Source of the DNA: a virus
Reading direction: 5' to 3' (one strand)
IMG/VR virus record: IMGVR_UViG_3300009709_000021
Span: 38,183-102,182 of that record
Length of the DNA stretch: 64,000 nt
Both the position numbers and the translations under genes were made by a program. Every line of letters starts with the position of its first letter. The first letter of the stretch is position 1. The notes under the pieces are model-generated. The model was not told the origin of the DNA. It did not search any database and saw only the letters and a program-made list of their open reading frames with translations. Shown in pieces: positions 38,777-48,674 of this stretch.

Positions 38777-41185
38777 TTAAACCGCCAAACTGTTAGTTGT
38801 AACGTTATTTAGAATAAACACAGAAGTTGCATCCATTGGATCAAGGTAATCTGTAATCGTACCTGTCGTAGGTGGAACTAAGTAACGAGTATAGTTCGTA
38901 TATGATACACCAATTGGAGTTTGAATGCCAGTAATTCCTGCTTCTGTCAACGCCGAAATTAAATCTCCCATAACAAAAGTTGCCCCTGGGCTGAGAGAAG
39001 ATAAATAGGTGTTAACTGTGGTGGTAACAGTTGAAGCATCCGGAGTAGCAGAATTATACGCAACAAGGCTAATGTCTAACAGATAAAAATTAAAGCCACG
39101 GGCTAATAAATCAGCACACATAACTCTATTAGCCGAAGCTTCCAGATACGTTTGAATATCGCTGAGATAGTTAAAGTAGTTCACCAAGAAACTGGCAGTA
39201 GAATTGGCGTATTGACTGCCAAAACTAATAGTAATAGATTGTTCCGTAGAAAATCCATAATCCTCCCAAGGAATAACCGACGTTGCGGTAATTGTTCCTG
39301 TCGCTGGGCTAGACAATGTAGTACTTTCATTAAATGTATACGTATTCTGGTCTATAACAGACTGTACCACCCATGATCCATTGTATCCAGCAGGGCTTGC
39401 ACCTTGAATAGAAATATATTCACCTACAGAAAGACCGTGGTTAGGCTGCACAACAGTAACAACTCCATCACTATAAGTTAGAGAAGTAACATTTAATGTC
39501 TGGGCATAAGTATTTTTAGAAGTATAAGGAACATTAGTTTCAATAACTAGTGTTCCAGAGGTTGTTCCTTCAATCCAAAGAGTTGGTACAGGAATCTCAT
39601 AGGCGTTGGGACCAAGCACTGTAACCGGGTAACTGCCTGTCAAATTAGGATTAACAAGTTGCATTGCTGAACCCGAACCGGCGGTAGGAATATTGGCGGC
39701 AACTGTGTAAGTTAACGTATTTGCATTTGTAGCTACGACAATAAATGTACCGTTATAGGTAGTGGGAGTAACTCCCGCAACTGTCACAGTTGCTCCGGTA
39801 GCTAATCCATGAGGAACGCTAGTACTGATGCTTACGGTAAAGCCCGTACAAGAAATAGCACTAATAGAAATAATCTGGGTAAGACCAGAAATAGCTACGT
39901 CTTCTCCAGTTATTAGTCCATGGTTTGTCTGAGCAACTTGAATCATTTGTCCTGGTTGATTCAAAGTATAGCTAGAATACGCCAGGGCGTTCTGAAACGG
40001 GATGGTATCGGCAGATGACCCACCAGTAACTGCTGAGCGAGAAAACGAATACACGGGTCCTGTGAGCGTTGCATTGCCGTTAGCATCTGTTGTTAGTTGA
40101 CTAATTTCTGAAGCCAAGGAATTACCACAATAAATATCTACGCAACCTCCATTGTGAAGTAACACTGGAACGTAAACAGGAACAATTGATGGAAAGTTTG
40201 TAACTTGGACAGTCGGTACATCATCCATCACATAAGTAAAGGTGTTAGTATCAAGAACCGTAATTGAAAAACCTCCATTTAATACACTTGGCTTTCCCCC
40301 TGTAGCAATGATGTTTTGTCCGGTTTGAAATCCGTGATTTGGAACAGTGATAGTTGCAATGTCACTTTCATATGTAACTGCGGTAGGTGTAACAGGTTGA
40401 GGCGTTGTAATGTTTGCGTATATTTGATCTCGAATCATCTGGGCATCGCCAAATCCAACCGGAAAAATCTGGGAAAGGTAATTGAAATTAGCAGCCAGAT
40501 TGGATTGAATTGACGGAACATTGATAAGGTTACGAGTTGAGATAGCCGTACTAGCTCGTGTAACAAATTGAGTGTTTGTCTCTGCATTGGTAGACGAGGA
40601 GACAAGATAATTAATTTGTGCTTGTAAAAAGTAAGCGTTGAAATTAGAGAAATATAGCAACGAACCAGACGAAAGATCGTATGATGATCCTGTCGCTGCT
40701 GCTGTAAGGTTTACATCAACGTAATACTCATTTGAGTACGAATCGTATTGCAGTGCAGTTGCAGCAAACGAGTAAGTTGTGCTTGGGTAATACAGCAAAG
40801 TATTATCGGGACTAAACCAGATATCCGTAGTCAATGTCACTGTTACTTGGCGAGCAAAATATAGGCGGACATTGATAACTGAGTAAGTTCCCTCATTACG
40901 AGTTAAAAACCAGTTAGACAGCAGATTATCAACAATACTTGTATCTGTGTTATCCGTTACTTGGGATATGGTATTATTCGCAAAATAATAATTAAGGGCT
41001 GCTCTAACAGTTGCAAGTGCTAGGGCAGAAGGACGAATCGTAAGATCAGCTAGACCGGTCCCTGAACGGAGGTCCAGGTCGGGATATTGAGCTGATAATA
41101 TTTGTTGTGTGAGGAGTTCCGCCTCAGTAACGTCGTTCGCGCTTACTGTAAGTCCGTCTAGGACATTGTATAGATCACCGGCCAT
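38777..41185 (-). CDS. baseplate J/gp6-like protein with inserted repeated beta domains
   Basis: PDLDLRSGT...DL.IRP start, ETN..F..R; four HG[LF]..G..[VI].[IV].G modules. Confidence 0.8.
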   Translation of the reverse strand: MAGDLYNVLDGLTVSANDVTEAELLTQQILSAQYPDLDLRSGTGLADLTIRPSALALATVRAALNYYFANNTISQVTDNTDTSIVDNLLSNWFLTRNEGTYSVINVRLYFARQVTVTLTTDIWFSPDNTLLYYPSTTYSFAATALQYDSYSNEYYVDVNLTAAATGSSYDLSSGSLLYFSNFNAYFLQAQINYLVSSSTNAETNTQFVTRASTAISTRNLINVPSIQSNLAANFNYLSQIFPVGFGDAQMIRDQIYANITTPQPVTPTAVTYESDIATITVPNHGFQTGQNIIATGGKPSVLNGGFSITVLDTNTFTYVMDDVPTVQVTNFPSIVPVYVPVLLHNGGCVDIYCGNSLASEISQLTTDANGNATLTGPVYSFSRSAVTGGSSADTIPFQNALAYSSYTLNQPGQMIQVAQTNHGLITGEDVAISGLTQIISISAISCTGFTVSISTSVPHGLATGATVTVAGVTPTTYNGTFIVVATNANTLTYTVAANIPTAGSGSAMQLVNPNLTGSYPVTVLGPNAYEIPVPTLWIEGTTSGTLVIETNVPYTSKNTYAQTLNVTSLTYSDGVVTVVQPNHGLSVGEYISIQGASPAGYNGSWVVQSVIDQNTYTFNESTTLSSPATGTITATSVIPWEDYGFSTEQSITISFGSQYANSTASFLVNYFNYLSDIQTYLEASANRVMCADLLARGFNFYLLDISLVAYNSATPDASTVTTTVNTYLSSLSPGATFVMGDLISALTEAGITGIQTPIGVSYTNYTRYLVPPTTGTITDYLDPMDATSVFILNNVTTNSLAV

Positions 41186-41255
41186 CTTAACTAAGGTATG
41201 TAGAGTTCAGTATAATAACTGATGTTAGTTTAACGGAATCTCCAGCAGCCTAAGA

Positions 41256-41762
41256 TTACGCGTTTACTGGCAAGTCTAATTGGGGGAAAGGAATGGCGAT
41301 TGCTGCGTTTTGTCCTGCAACTGTCAGAATATTCACCGAGAGAATAGCTCCGTCATCAGCAACGTTTACTCCTAGGACTGTGGCTGACGCCATTTGGCTT
41401 GATGAATCAGAACTAGCTGAGTTGAGGATACTTTGCGTTTGGCTAGCAGCATTGGCAACTGCAGAAACAAGTTGAGCTGATAAAACTGCGTTAGTACTTA
41501 GGATATTGGCGTTGACAACTAAAGAAGGGAATTGTGTTCCACGGTTGGGGTTAACGGGATCGCTTCCTTGTGTTGTAAAAAGGATTTTAAGAAACGTCTG
41601 TACAACTTTTTCAAGTCCTGTGACTTTTCTTGGGGTATTTCCAAATTCAAAGATAAGTTGGCTATTCGGAAATCCGTCTGGAAAACTGAATAACAGAACG
41701 TCATAGGTACCATCTGTACCTAAGTTTGAAACTGTACCAACTCGGCTGGATACACTAGCCAT
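41256..41762 (-). CDS. baseplate gp25-like (sheath initiator) protein
   Basis: VTGLEKVVQ.FLK.L.T..GS....P.RGT.F pattern; upstream of the J-like gene. Confidence 0.7.
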   Translation of the reverse strand: MASVSSRVGTVSNLGTDGTYDVLLFSFPDGFPNSQLIFEFGNTPRKVTGLEKVVQTFLKILFTTQGSDPVNPNRGTQFPSLVVNANILSTNAVLSAQLVSAVANAASQTQSILNSASSDSSSQMASATVLGVNVADDGAILSVNILTVAGQNAAIAIPFPQLDLPVNA

Positions 41763-42172
41763 TACGTCGTAACCCCTTCTGGTGCAGAAACTGAAGCTGT
41801 CCCCAGGCCACTTACCATGTAGCCGTACTGGTTACTCAGCATTGTGTAGTACTCTGATTCAGTATTGCCGTCACTTTGAGCATCTAAGTAATGCTCATAC
41901 TTAGTCAACGATCCCAGCCCCAGTTCTCTTTGCACAGCCGTAATATGGTGGATTGTTTCGATCAATGCGCCGTTAGCATAGTTGGGAGAACCTCGCTGGG
42001 TCTGAGCTGCAATCGTAAATAGTTCGGAATAATCCAAACTTGAAAGATAATCTGAAGCCGTTGGGTAAGTCGAGGATTCTCCGCTTAGATAGCTAGATAA
42101 GGCTGAGTAGTAACTCGACATTTGGTTAAACGCTGTTGTTGTCTGGGTTTGTGCAGGAGAAGGAGTTGTCAT
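41762..42172 (-). CDS. hypothetical structural protein
   Basis: 136 aa; coupled to both neighbours. Confidence 0.6.
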   Translation of the reverse strand: MTTPSPAQTQTTTAFNQMSSYYSALSSYLSGESSTYPTASDYLSSLDYSELFTIAAQTQRGSPNYANGALIETIHHITAVQRELGLGSLTKYEHYLDAQSDGNTESEYYTMLSNQYGYMVSGLGTASVSAPEGVTT

Positions 42173-42942
42173 TCGCCTAGATCCTTTTTAATTTCTTGAA
42201 TTTTCTGCACAAGCTTCAGCTTGAGGTAGTTCAAGCGACTGATGTTAATTTTTAAATGCTCTGCCATTTCTTGGGATGACACTGATTTAGCGTTGTCCAT
42301 GATGTAGAGTTCTTCAGGTGAAAGCGTGTTTCTCAAGTATTCCATTAACAACGCATTCTCATTGTGCATTGCAAATTCAGCAGGACGTTCACTGCTGGAT
42401 TCGACGAGATCGTCGTATAGGCCACCTTTGAGTCGAACTACCATACCTTTTGACCAGCCAAGCCTCTTAGCCAGTTCATCTTCGGTTGGCTCTTGGCCAA
42501 GTTCGTCAGTGAGATTTTCTTTGGCGTGAGTGTAGGTCTGATATTTCAGATGCACATCTTCTGGTAGCATTACCGCATTTTGTAGGCGATAATTTTGCCG
42601 CGATATCTTTCGCATATATGAAGTAACGTGAGTACCAAGAGCTGCCCCTTTGCTTGGATCATACGTCTCTAATGCCTTTAGAGCCCAACGCTTACCAGAA
42701 GAAGAAAGAGTGGCACGAGGCAATGATCCGGATCGTTTTTGTACTTCCCGTTGTATCAAGGGATCAATCTGATGCATTAGAGCACTCAGATGTTCTTTAG
42801 ATCCAGATTTTTTCCAGGCGTTGAATAATTCTATGTCTTTAGCCCTACGATCAGCATACATAGAAGCTGTGGATCCAGTAGCCTCCGGTATTTCATCGTC
42901 CTCTGAAATAAGGTCTTCGTTTTCTTCGTTTAAATCAGTCAT
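42169..42942 (-). CDS. phage sigma70-family (FliA/SigF-like) sigma factor
   Basis: Region 2 KALETYDPSKGAALGTHV, region 3 ELGQEPTEDELAKRLGWS, region 4 LSPEE...EMAEHL.I. Confidence 0.88.
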   Translation of the reverse strand: MTDLNEENEDLISEDDEIPEATGSTASMYADRRAKDIELFNAWKKSGSKEHLSALMHQIDPLIQREVQKRSGSLPRATLSSSGKRWALKALETYDPSKGAALGTHVTSYMRKISRQNYRLQNAVMLPEDVHLKYQTYTHAKENLTDELGQEPTEDELAKRLGWSKGMVVRLKGGLYDDLVESSSERPAEFAMHNENALLMEYLRNTLSPEELYIMDNAKSVSSQEMAEHLKINISRLNYLKLKLVQKIQEIKKDLGE

Positions 42943-43156
42943 AAACTGGATAGTCGCTATATATGCTATTAACGTAGCCCACTAAATAAGCTTGTAATTT
43001 TCCACTAAATTTTTGTCCTGCAAATACATTAGCTGCCGTACTAGTAGTAGATAAAAGACCAGACTGAGCAATGCCTTGGGGGATATTAACGGACCTGGGC
43101 AAGCCCGCTACGGTTTCCCCTAATGTACTAAAGTCAAAGGATGAATAGTCACTCAT
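42935..43156 (-). CDS. small hypothetical protein
   Basis: 73 aa; overlaps both neighbours by 8 bp. Confidence 0.55.
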   Translation of the reverse strand: MSDYSSFDFSTLGETVAGLPRSVNIPQGIAQSGLLSTTSTAANVFAGQKFSGKLQAYLVGYVNSIYSDYPVYD

Positions 43157-43826
43157 GGTAGTAAAATTTTAACGCTTCGTAGACATCATCTGGCATATCC
43201 GGCCAATAACAATTCTTTTTTGCAAGATTTTCTTTAGCTGTAAGAATTTGTAAATTGAATTCATTATGTAATCCACATACAAGACCATGAGTTAAGGGAA
43301 CTATATGATCAACGTGATGAATAATACCTGTTTCTTTACTAGTATTGTCACATTCAGTATAAACTTTTTTAACCTTATCAAGGTTAGCCCATTCCACAAT
43401 TGCTTGTTTATGCCTCGCTCTACGCTTAGCTGAATGATGTCTAACAACGTCTAAATTTTCTTGCCGGTATGTTTTTTGATACTCTGAGACATGTTCTTTA
43501 TTATTTTGAACATATGTTTTAACTCTAGCAATAATTTTTGTTCTGTTATTTTCGTGGTATTTCTTAGCTCTTTGAGAAATAATTTCTTTATTATTTTCTC
43601 TGTATTCTTTCCAATATTCTGATATACCTTCTTTATTGGATTCATATCTATTTTTCCAATACTCAAGATGTTTTTCTTTATTTTCTAAACGATATTGTTC
43701 TTGGCATTGAATACAACATCTGCTTTTTACGTACCTTTCACTAAGGTGACCATGTTTACATGGTTTACCTGTAAAATATAAATCCAAACCTTGCTCTATT
43801 GCTTGTTTCTTGCTAATAATTTCCAT
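43149..43826 (-). CDS. free-standing HNH homing endonuclease
   Basis: YFTGKPCKHGH..C..C Zn finger, Lys-rich helical repeats, HHVDHIVPL...VCGLHNEFNLQIL...NL.K.N; markedly AT-rich. Confidence 0.92.
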   Translation of the reverse strand: MEIISKKQAIEQGLDLYFTGKPCKHGHLSERYVKSRCCIQCQEQYRLENKEKHLEYWKNRYESNKEGISEYWKEYRENNKEIISQRAKKYHENNRTKIIARVKTYVQNNKEHVSEYQKTYRQENLDVVRHHSAKRRARHKQAIVEWANLDKVKKVYTECDNTSKETGIIHHVDHIVPLTHGLVCGLHNEFNLQILTAKENLAKKNCYWPDMPDDVYEALKFYYHE

Positions 43827-43828
43827 AT

Positions 43829-46498
43829 TTAACTACCTGAAGTCTGTGCTGTGTTTAAAGTTTGAATTTCTTGCTTAATACTACTTGCATTAATAAAGTC
43901 CGAAGTATCCTGGTAATCCACGAATAATGATGCGCCGGGTTCTAATAGTATACTTTTATCCAAAATTGGATTTAAATAACTAGACGCTTGTTGGGAATAC
44001 AGAGTAGGATCTAAATCAATAAAATTAATTCCAAAGGCTGCCATTATAGCTTGTTTGCCTTCAATCTGTCTAGCAGATAAAGATAGATTTCCAACGACGG
44101 ACATGTAAGGGTTAGTTTCTATACCATTGCCGTCCGGTGAGCTTTGTGCAACGCCAGAAGCCAGTTGTCCATTTGACCGAGTCACTGCGCTCGGCTGTCC
44201 ATAATCAAAGGCATAAAGTAAGCTTGGATCCGCAGCTCCAATTCCTAAAGTAGTCTGGTAGTACTCCGTTGCCGCAGCCAAAGCAGTCGGGTTATTAATC
44301 AAAGTCTGTTCCACCGATTGGATTGTCCCAGTCGGAGAACCGTATGAGGCTGAACCTGTAGTAGTTGTAGCAGTCGTACTGCTATTAGCAACTTGACCAA
44401 TCTGACCTGATGGTACTGTTGTAGTTCCACCTGACGTAGAAGTACTCGTTCCATACTGGACGTTATTCACATTCAGTATGTTTTGAAGCCAAGGTGCAAC
44501 AGGAGGAATGTAATAATTCGACATCTCCGCGTAAGTCATCGCTCCAACAAAACTAACTGTTGTGCTGATACTACTGGCCGTAATATTGTGGGTGATAGAA
44601 GCACATGTCGCGTGGAAGCAAGGATACGCTGGACTTGAATCAATAATATCCATCGGGTATCCACAGACAATATATGGATTGAACACCATCTCAATTATCC
44701 CGCTACGGGCTTGCTCCACGCTTTTTGCAAATTCATAGTCCGCCGTGTTAAATAACATTCTCTGGAAAGGAGCGATTTGAGATTGTGGAGAATTCGGGTC
44801 CATCGTATCCTTTGATGTATTCAAAGTACGAGTAACGACCCCGTCATTTTCCGTAATGTCGTATCCATAGCGATCTACCCAGGCTGCATGCATATTGACC
44901 AGATCGTTATAGTCTGCAGTTCCCTGAGCCGGCCATGCTTCGTTGTTTGGGTCTCCTACATTGGGTATTTGATCCGCAATATAGAACGAAAGCCAGTTTG
45001 GCATTACTACCTTGCGCTGCACAACGCCTCGGGCTTCTTCGTATTTGCCGGGAACGTTGTAGGAAGGACCGGTTGTACTCAACAGATCAATAGTATTCTG
45101 AGCGCCGGATGCATTAGCAAGACTCACTCCAACTGCTACCGCCTCACGGACAGATTCAGGGGCTCGATAGAAAGTATTGAGCGCCCCGCCGCCATCGTTT
45201 GGTAGCATGTCTGTGTACGCAGTTACACGAGTTGGCACACTCGCCTCATCCTGGCTAACACTGATGGATGTAAACATCTGAGGATAAACAACGTTACATA
45301 CAGGGGCGTAATAGAAGGGCGTCTGTGGCTTAATAACAGTTTCAACAGCCATGCGGTTAGCACTGGCCCATGCAGAAGCACTATCAGGATTTACGTACGT
45401 TGTCGGATCGACGGGAACTGCAGCGGGGCTAGCCAATGTCAAATACTCATACTCAACAGAGTAAAAAAAGTTATTCATCATTGTGATGAAATCTGTCAAT
45501 TCCCCGGAGTAGCCCATTTGACTCTTAACAGCATAGACGGTCAATGCCGTCTTCATTGCTGAAACACTTGGCAATTGGCTGGATGGTGGAACTAGGAGAT
45601 TGTATTTGACATCCGACGGGGGAATATCGTGAGGGCAGTACTGTTCACGATGTGTCTCAGCATAGTTTTCAACAAGGTAATGACCAGAGATACGATTAAA
45701 GAATTTAAGCCCATCTTCCACCAATGGAATATACATAGAGGTCATCGTTGAACTCCATGCTGGGGCCATATAGCATTGACGTTTAAACTGATTCCAGATA
45801 TTCATCATACTACCTGGAATACCGGCATAGCGAGGGATGAAGCCTTGAAATTTTGTTGCAGCTTTGGTGACATCAGCCTCGGAGATCTGAGTATTAGTGG
45901 GGCCTAGCAAATCTTGAGCAGCAGACTGAACACCAGTAATTCCTGATAAAGCATTGATAATACTTAACTCGGAAGTCATTAAATCAACTTTCAACGCTGC
46001 TTGTTCTGGGTTAGGATCAGTGCCGTTAGACATGTTAGAGCCTACATAGCCGTTGTAGTCCAGAGTCACAAGTTTCATTAATTCATTCTTGTGTACGCAC
46101 TGAAAGCTGATCGATGATGAGGCAGGGCTACGTGAACGGGAGTACTCTACTCGTGCAATATGCCCCCAGAACAAAAGCCTATCTCCACCAGTGATCTGAT
46201 CAGTGTAAAAAATATGGACTTTGGGCTGATAGTAACGAGCAATGTCCATGAGTCCTGCTTGCGGAGGGACTGAGATCATTGCTGATGGGTAGGTCCCGAT
46301 AGATTGGGAAATGGAAATAGCTGTAAATGGGACCTGAACGCCTTCTATGTAAAGTTTAACTGTCTGATAAATGACATCCGTAAAAGTATTACCGGAAGGG
46401 ACTGCACCTTCAGATCCTGTTACCGACCCATCAGAATTAAGAGTGACCGTGGAAGCTGCAGGGGTAGTTCCAAGTGAAATAGTGAAGTTGTCAGACAT
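43829..46498 (-). CDS. baseplate hub-like structural protein
   Basis: KLYIEGVQVPF..ISISQ, LLFWG.I, FNPYIVCGYP..I.D, A..SITH.I; position after tape measure. Confidence 0.7.
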   Translation of the reverse strand: MSDNFTISLGTTPAASTVTLNSDGSVTGSEGAVPSGNTFTDVIYQTVKLYIEGVQVPFTAISISQSIGTYPSAMISVPPQAGLMDIARYYQPKVHIFYTDQITGGDRLLFWGHIARVEYSRSRSPASSSISFQCVHKNELMKLVTLDYNGYVGSNMSNGTDPNPEQAALKVDLMTSELSIINALSGITGVQSAAQDLLGPTNTQISEADVTKAATKFQGFIPRYAGIPGSMMNIWNQFKRQCYMAPAWSSTMTSMYIPLVEDGLKFFNRISGHYLVENYAETHREQYCPHDIPPSDVKYNLLVPPSSQLPSVSAMKTALTVYAVKSQMGYSGELTDFITMMNNFFYSVEYEYLTLASPAAVPVDPTTYVNPDSASAWASANRMAVETVIKPQTPFYYAPVCNVVYPQMFTSISVSQDEASVPTRVTAYTDMLPNDGGGALNTFYRAPESVREAVAVGVSLANASGAQNTIDLLSTTGPSYNVPGKYEEARGVVQRKVVMPNWLSFYIADQIPNVGDPNNEAWPAQGTADYNDLVNMHAAWVDRYGYDITENDGVVTRTLNTSKDTMDPNSPQSQIAPFQRMLFNTADYEFAKSVEQARSGIIEMVFNPYIVCGYPMDIIDSSPAYPCFHATCASITHNITASSISTTVSFVGAMTYAEMSNYYIPPVAPWLQNILNVNNVQYGTSTSTSGGTTTVPSGQIGQVANSSTTATTTTGSASYGSPTGTIQSVEQTLINNPTALAAATEYYQTTLGIGAADPSLLYAFDYGQPSAVTRSNGQLASGVAQSSPDGNGIETNPYMSVVGNLSLSARQIEGKQAIMAAFGINFIDLDPTLYSQQASSYLNPILDKSILLEPGASLFVDYQDTSDFINASSIKQEIQTLNTAQTSGS

Positions 46499-47361
46499 TA
46501 AGAGACCACATTAGCAAAGAGTGATTGAAGAGCCAGCAAATATAACGTTTGTTCAAGAGGATCTTGAATGCTCCCAGCATAGTTGGAAAGTTCTGATGGG
46601 ATGTTATTATTACTGACTGTAGCATCAAGCACTACATTGAGTATAGCACTATTAATTATAGAGGTCAATAAAAGAGACCTGGTAGGTAGTAGTTCTCTTG
46701 GCAATGGCAACATCCCAAGCATTGCACCTGAGTATTGTTCTGCAAGGTAGATCAAAAAGGGCGCACGGTTATAACTCGTATATCGAACGGTTATGCCTCC
46801 ATCTTCAGCTAAAGGAATAGTCAATGTTAATGTCGTATCTGAAATTGTGTAATCAACACCTTGCGTATATAATTGCCCTTCGTAGTAAACGTAGTTATAA
46901 GCGTATTGGGCCGGACTTAAAGTCAAAGTAAATACAGTTTGTCCTTGGACGCCAGACAATGCATCTGTTGTTATAGCATATTCTGGATAAACAATTACGC
47001 GATCATTCACATTTGGGACTGTTGCTCGTGGAAAAGACGCTGCATAACATGTTGCACAAATACCTCCGGAAGCAATGCATGTACTAGTTGAGCGTGTGGC
47101 TACTGAGTAAATGCCATTATATAAAAGCTGCCCAATTCTATCACGGCTCAAAGGTTCACCTGTGGCTAATTCCACTAAGCCTTCTGCAGTGTAATTAACA
47201 GTTACAAATAAGCCAAGAGTTGTTCCGCAATCTGTTGCTACTACTTTTAGATTAGGTGAAAAAACCGTATTAGCCAAGTTGACCACATCTTGGTTTGTCG
47301 TTGGGACATAATCATAAATATCTTCCAGGATTAAAAGTCCTGCGTAACTACGCATTGTCAT
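46498..47361 (-). CDS. tail-module protein with an RpoC(beta')-like Zn-binding subdomain fused to a virion beta module
   Basis: DCGTTLG...RSTSTCIASGGICATCY aligns with RpoC DCGT..G...RS...C....G.CA.CY; then a GQTVFTL...GVDYTIS module. Confidence 0.65.
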   Translation of the reverse strand: MTMRSYAGLLILEDIYDYVPTTNQDVVNLANTVFSPNLKVVATDCGTTLGLFVTVNYTAEGLVELATGEPLSRDRIGQLLYNGIYSVATRSTSTCIASGGICATCYAASFPRATVPNVNDRVIVYPEYAITTDALSGVQGQTVFTLTLSPAQYAYNYVYYEGQLYTQGVDYTISDTTLTLTIPLAEDGGITVRYTSYNRAPFLIYLAEQYSGAMLGMLPLPRELLPTRSLLLTSIINSAILNVVLDATVSNNNIPSELSNYAGSIQDPLEQTLYLLALQSLFANVVS

Positions 47362-48674
47362 AGGAAAGCTCCTTGTGCTGCAGAATATGGTGTGCCAGAA
47401 TTAAGAATACCAATTTTAGATAGGGATGTCTCACTGACTGTTAATGAAGCAATGGACTGATTTTGCATAAATGCAGAATTAACTGGAATTTGGCCAGCGG
47501 ATACATATGACTGAATATATTGAAATAACGTCGGCGGAACAGTAGAGATAACCCCACTTGAGTTAGATAAACTCCCAATCGCTTGTAATGTTGCACTGGA
47601 AGTTGAAATAGAAGTTGAGTTGTTTCCAAGTAAAGCGCCTCCCCCATCAAATAAAGCTGCATTAGCAAGATTTACAAGACCAACTGCGATTGATGAGATA
47701 TTTTGCAAATCTCGAACAATGTTATTGACTTGTGTAACAGTACTAGTAAATGCATTTTCAACACCGCTTATAGCACCGACAAGTTTAGTAAGAGAAGACA
47801 ATACCCCATAAATCGGCGAAAACAAACTAGCTCGCAAACCGGCCAATGTTGCTGTAACGCTATAAAATGCACTAGATACACTATTCAGATTCGCAGTGAT
47901 GGTATTTGCAAATCCAGAAATACCTTGGGCTACAGTGTTAAATGAAGAGAGATCACTAGTCACCATTGTTGAAAATTGTGACAGTGAAGCTTTCAAACTA
48001 TTTAATCCAACCTGATCTAAGAATGTCGATGCTTGGCTAATGTTCAGTAAAGACGCGGAGTTAGACAATATAAAATTCGTGTTCATGACCGGAATTGGTA
48101 ACAATTCTTTGGCCATAAATTGGAATTGAAATGGAATATCAGTATCCCTATCTGAGTTTTGATTGAAACTCATGGAGGAAATAGTACCAACCAATACCAT
48201 TGTTGGTAGATAGAGTTTCACGAGCTGATATCGAGAAGCAGTTTGAGTTCCTCTCAATACTTGGCCGTACATAAACATCCATTGAGTGAACCAATCGTTC
48301 TCAATAGAATCAATTAATATCCCGCTAACTGTCATAGCAATTGGCTGCCGACCGAAGTAATAGTATACTTCCCCATCGCCAAATGTTTCAGTTACTTGAA
48401 TTTTTTCAGACATCTGGCATTGAATGCTAGTAATCAGAAAATTAGCATATCCTCCGTACGTACCTCCATTTACAGCTTGATCGAGTGTTCCCCCTGAACC
48501 AGCAATAGATGAAGAATATATAGATGTGTCTGATACATTTACAGGATTAGAACTTACAAGCTGGATATACCCACGATAACCCCTATCTCCTCCGGTAGTA
48601 TTAGATAATACACTACGTGGGGTAATTGTAAATAGTCTTTCGCTGGATTGTCCAGTGGCTAAGACAGTTGACAT
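47358..48674 (-). CDS. tail tube-initiator/baseplate-associated protein
   Basis: EK.QV.ETFGD...Y.FG.QP....VSG.L pattern; position after tape measure. Confidence 0.65.
   Translation of the reverse strand: MSTVLATGQSSERLFTITPRSVLSNTTGGDRGYRGYIQLVSSNPVNVSDTSIYSSSIAGSGGTLDQAVNGGTYGGYANFLITSIQCQMSEKIQVTETFGDGEVYYYFGRQPIAMTVSGILIDSIENDWFTQWMFMYGQVLRGTQTASRYQLVKLYLPTMVLVGTISSMSFNQNSDRDTDIPFQFQFMAKELLPIPVMNTNFILSNSASLLNISQASTFLDQVGLNSLKASLSQFSTMVTSDLSSFNTVAQGISGFANTITANLNSVSSAFYSVTATLAGLRASLFSPIYGVLSSLTKLVGAISGVENAFTSTVTQVNNIVRDLQNISSIAVGLVNLANAALFDGGGALLGNNSTSISTSSATLQAIGSLSNSSGVISTVPPTLFQYIQSYVSAGQIPVNSAFMQNQSIASLTVSETSLSKIGILNSGTPYSAAQGAFL

Noticed and set aside
38777-41185. Link between the baseplate HG[LF]xxG modules (similar to E1 FCCH-like domains) and the E1 enzyme
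   Set aside because: These beta modules are common in phage structural proteins; no evidence of a functional link to ubiquitination
42935-43829. Group I intron carrying the HNH gene
   Set aside because: No non-coding flanks for a ribozyme core; neighbouring ORFs have their own start and stop codons
46498-47361. Genuine phage multisubunit RNA polymerase subunit
   Set aside because: Only the Zn subdomain is recognisable; no catalytic motif; fused to a virion-type module
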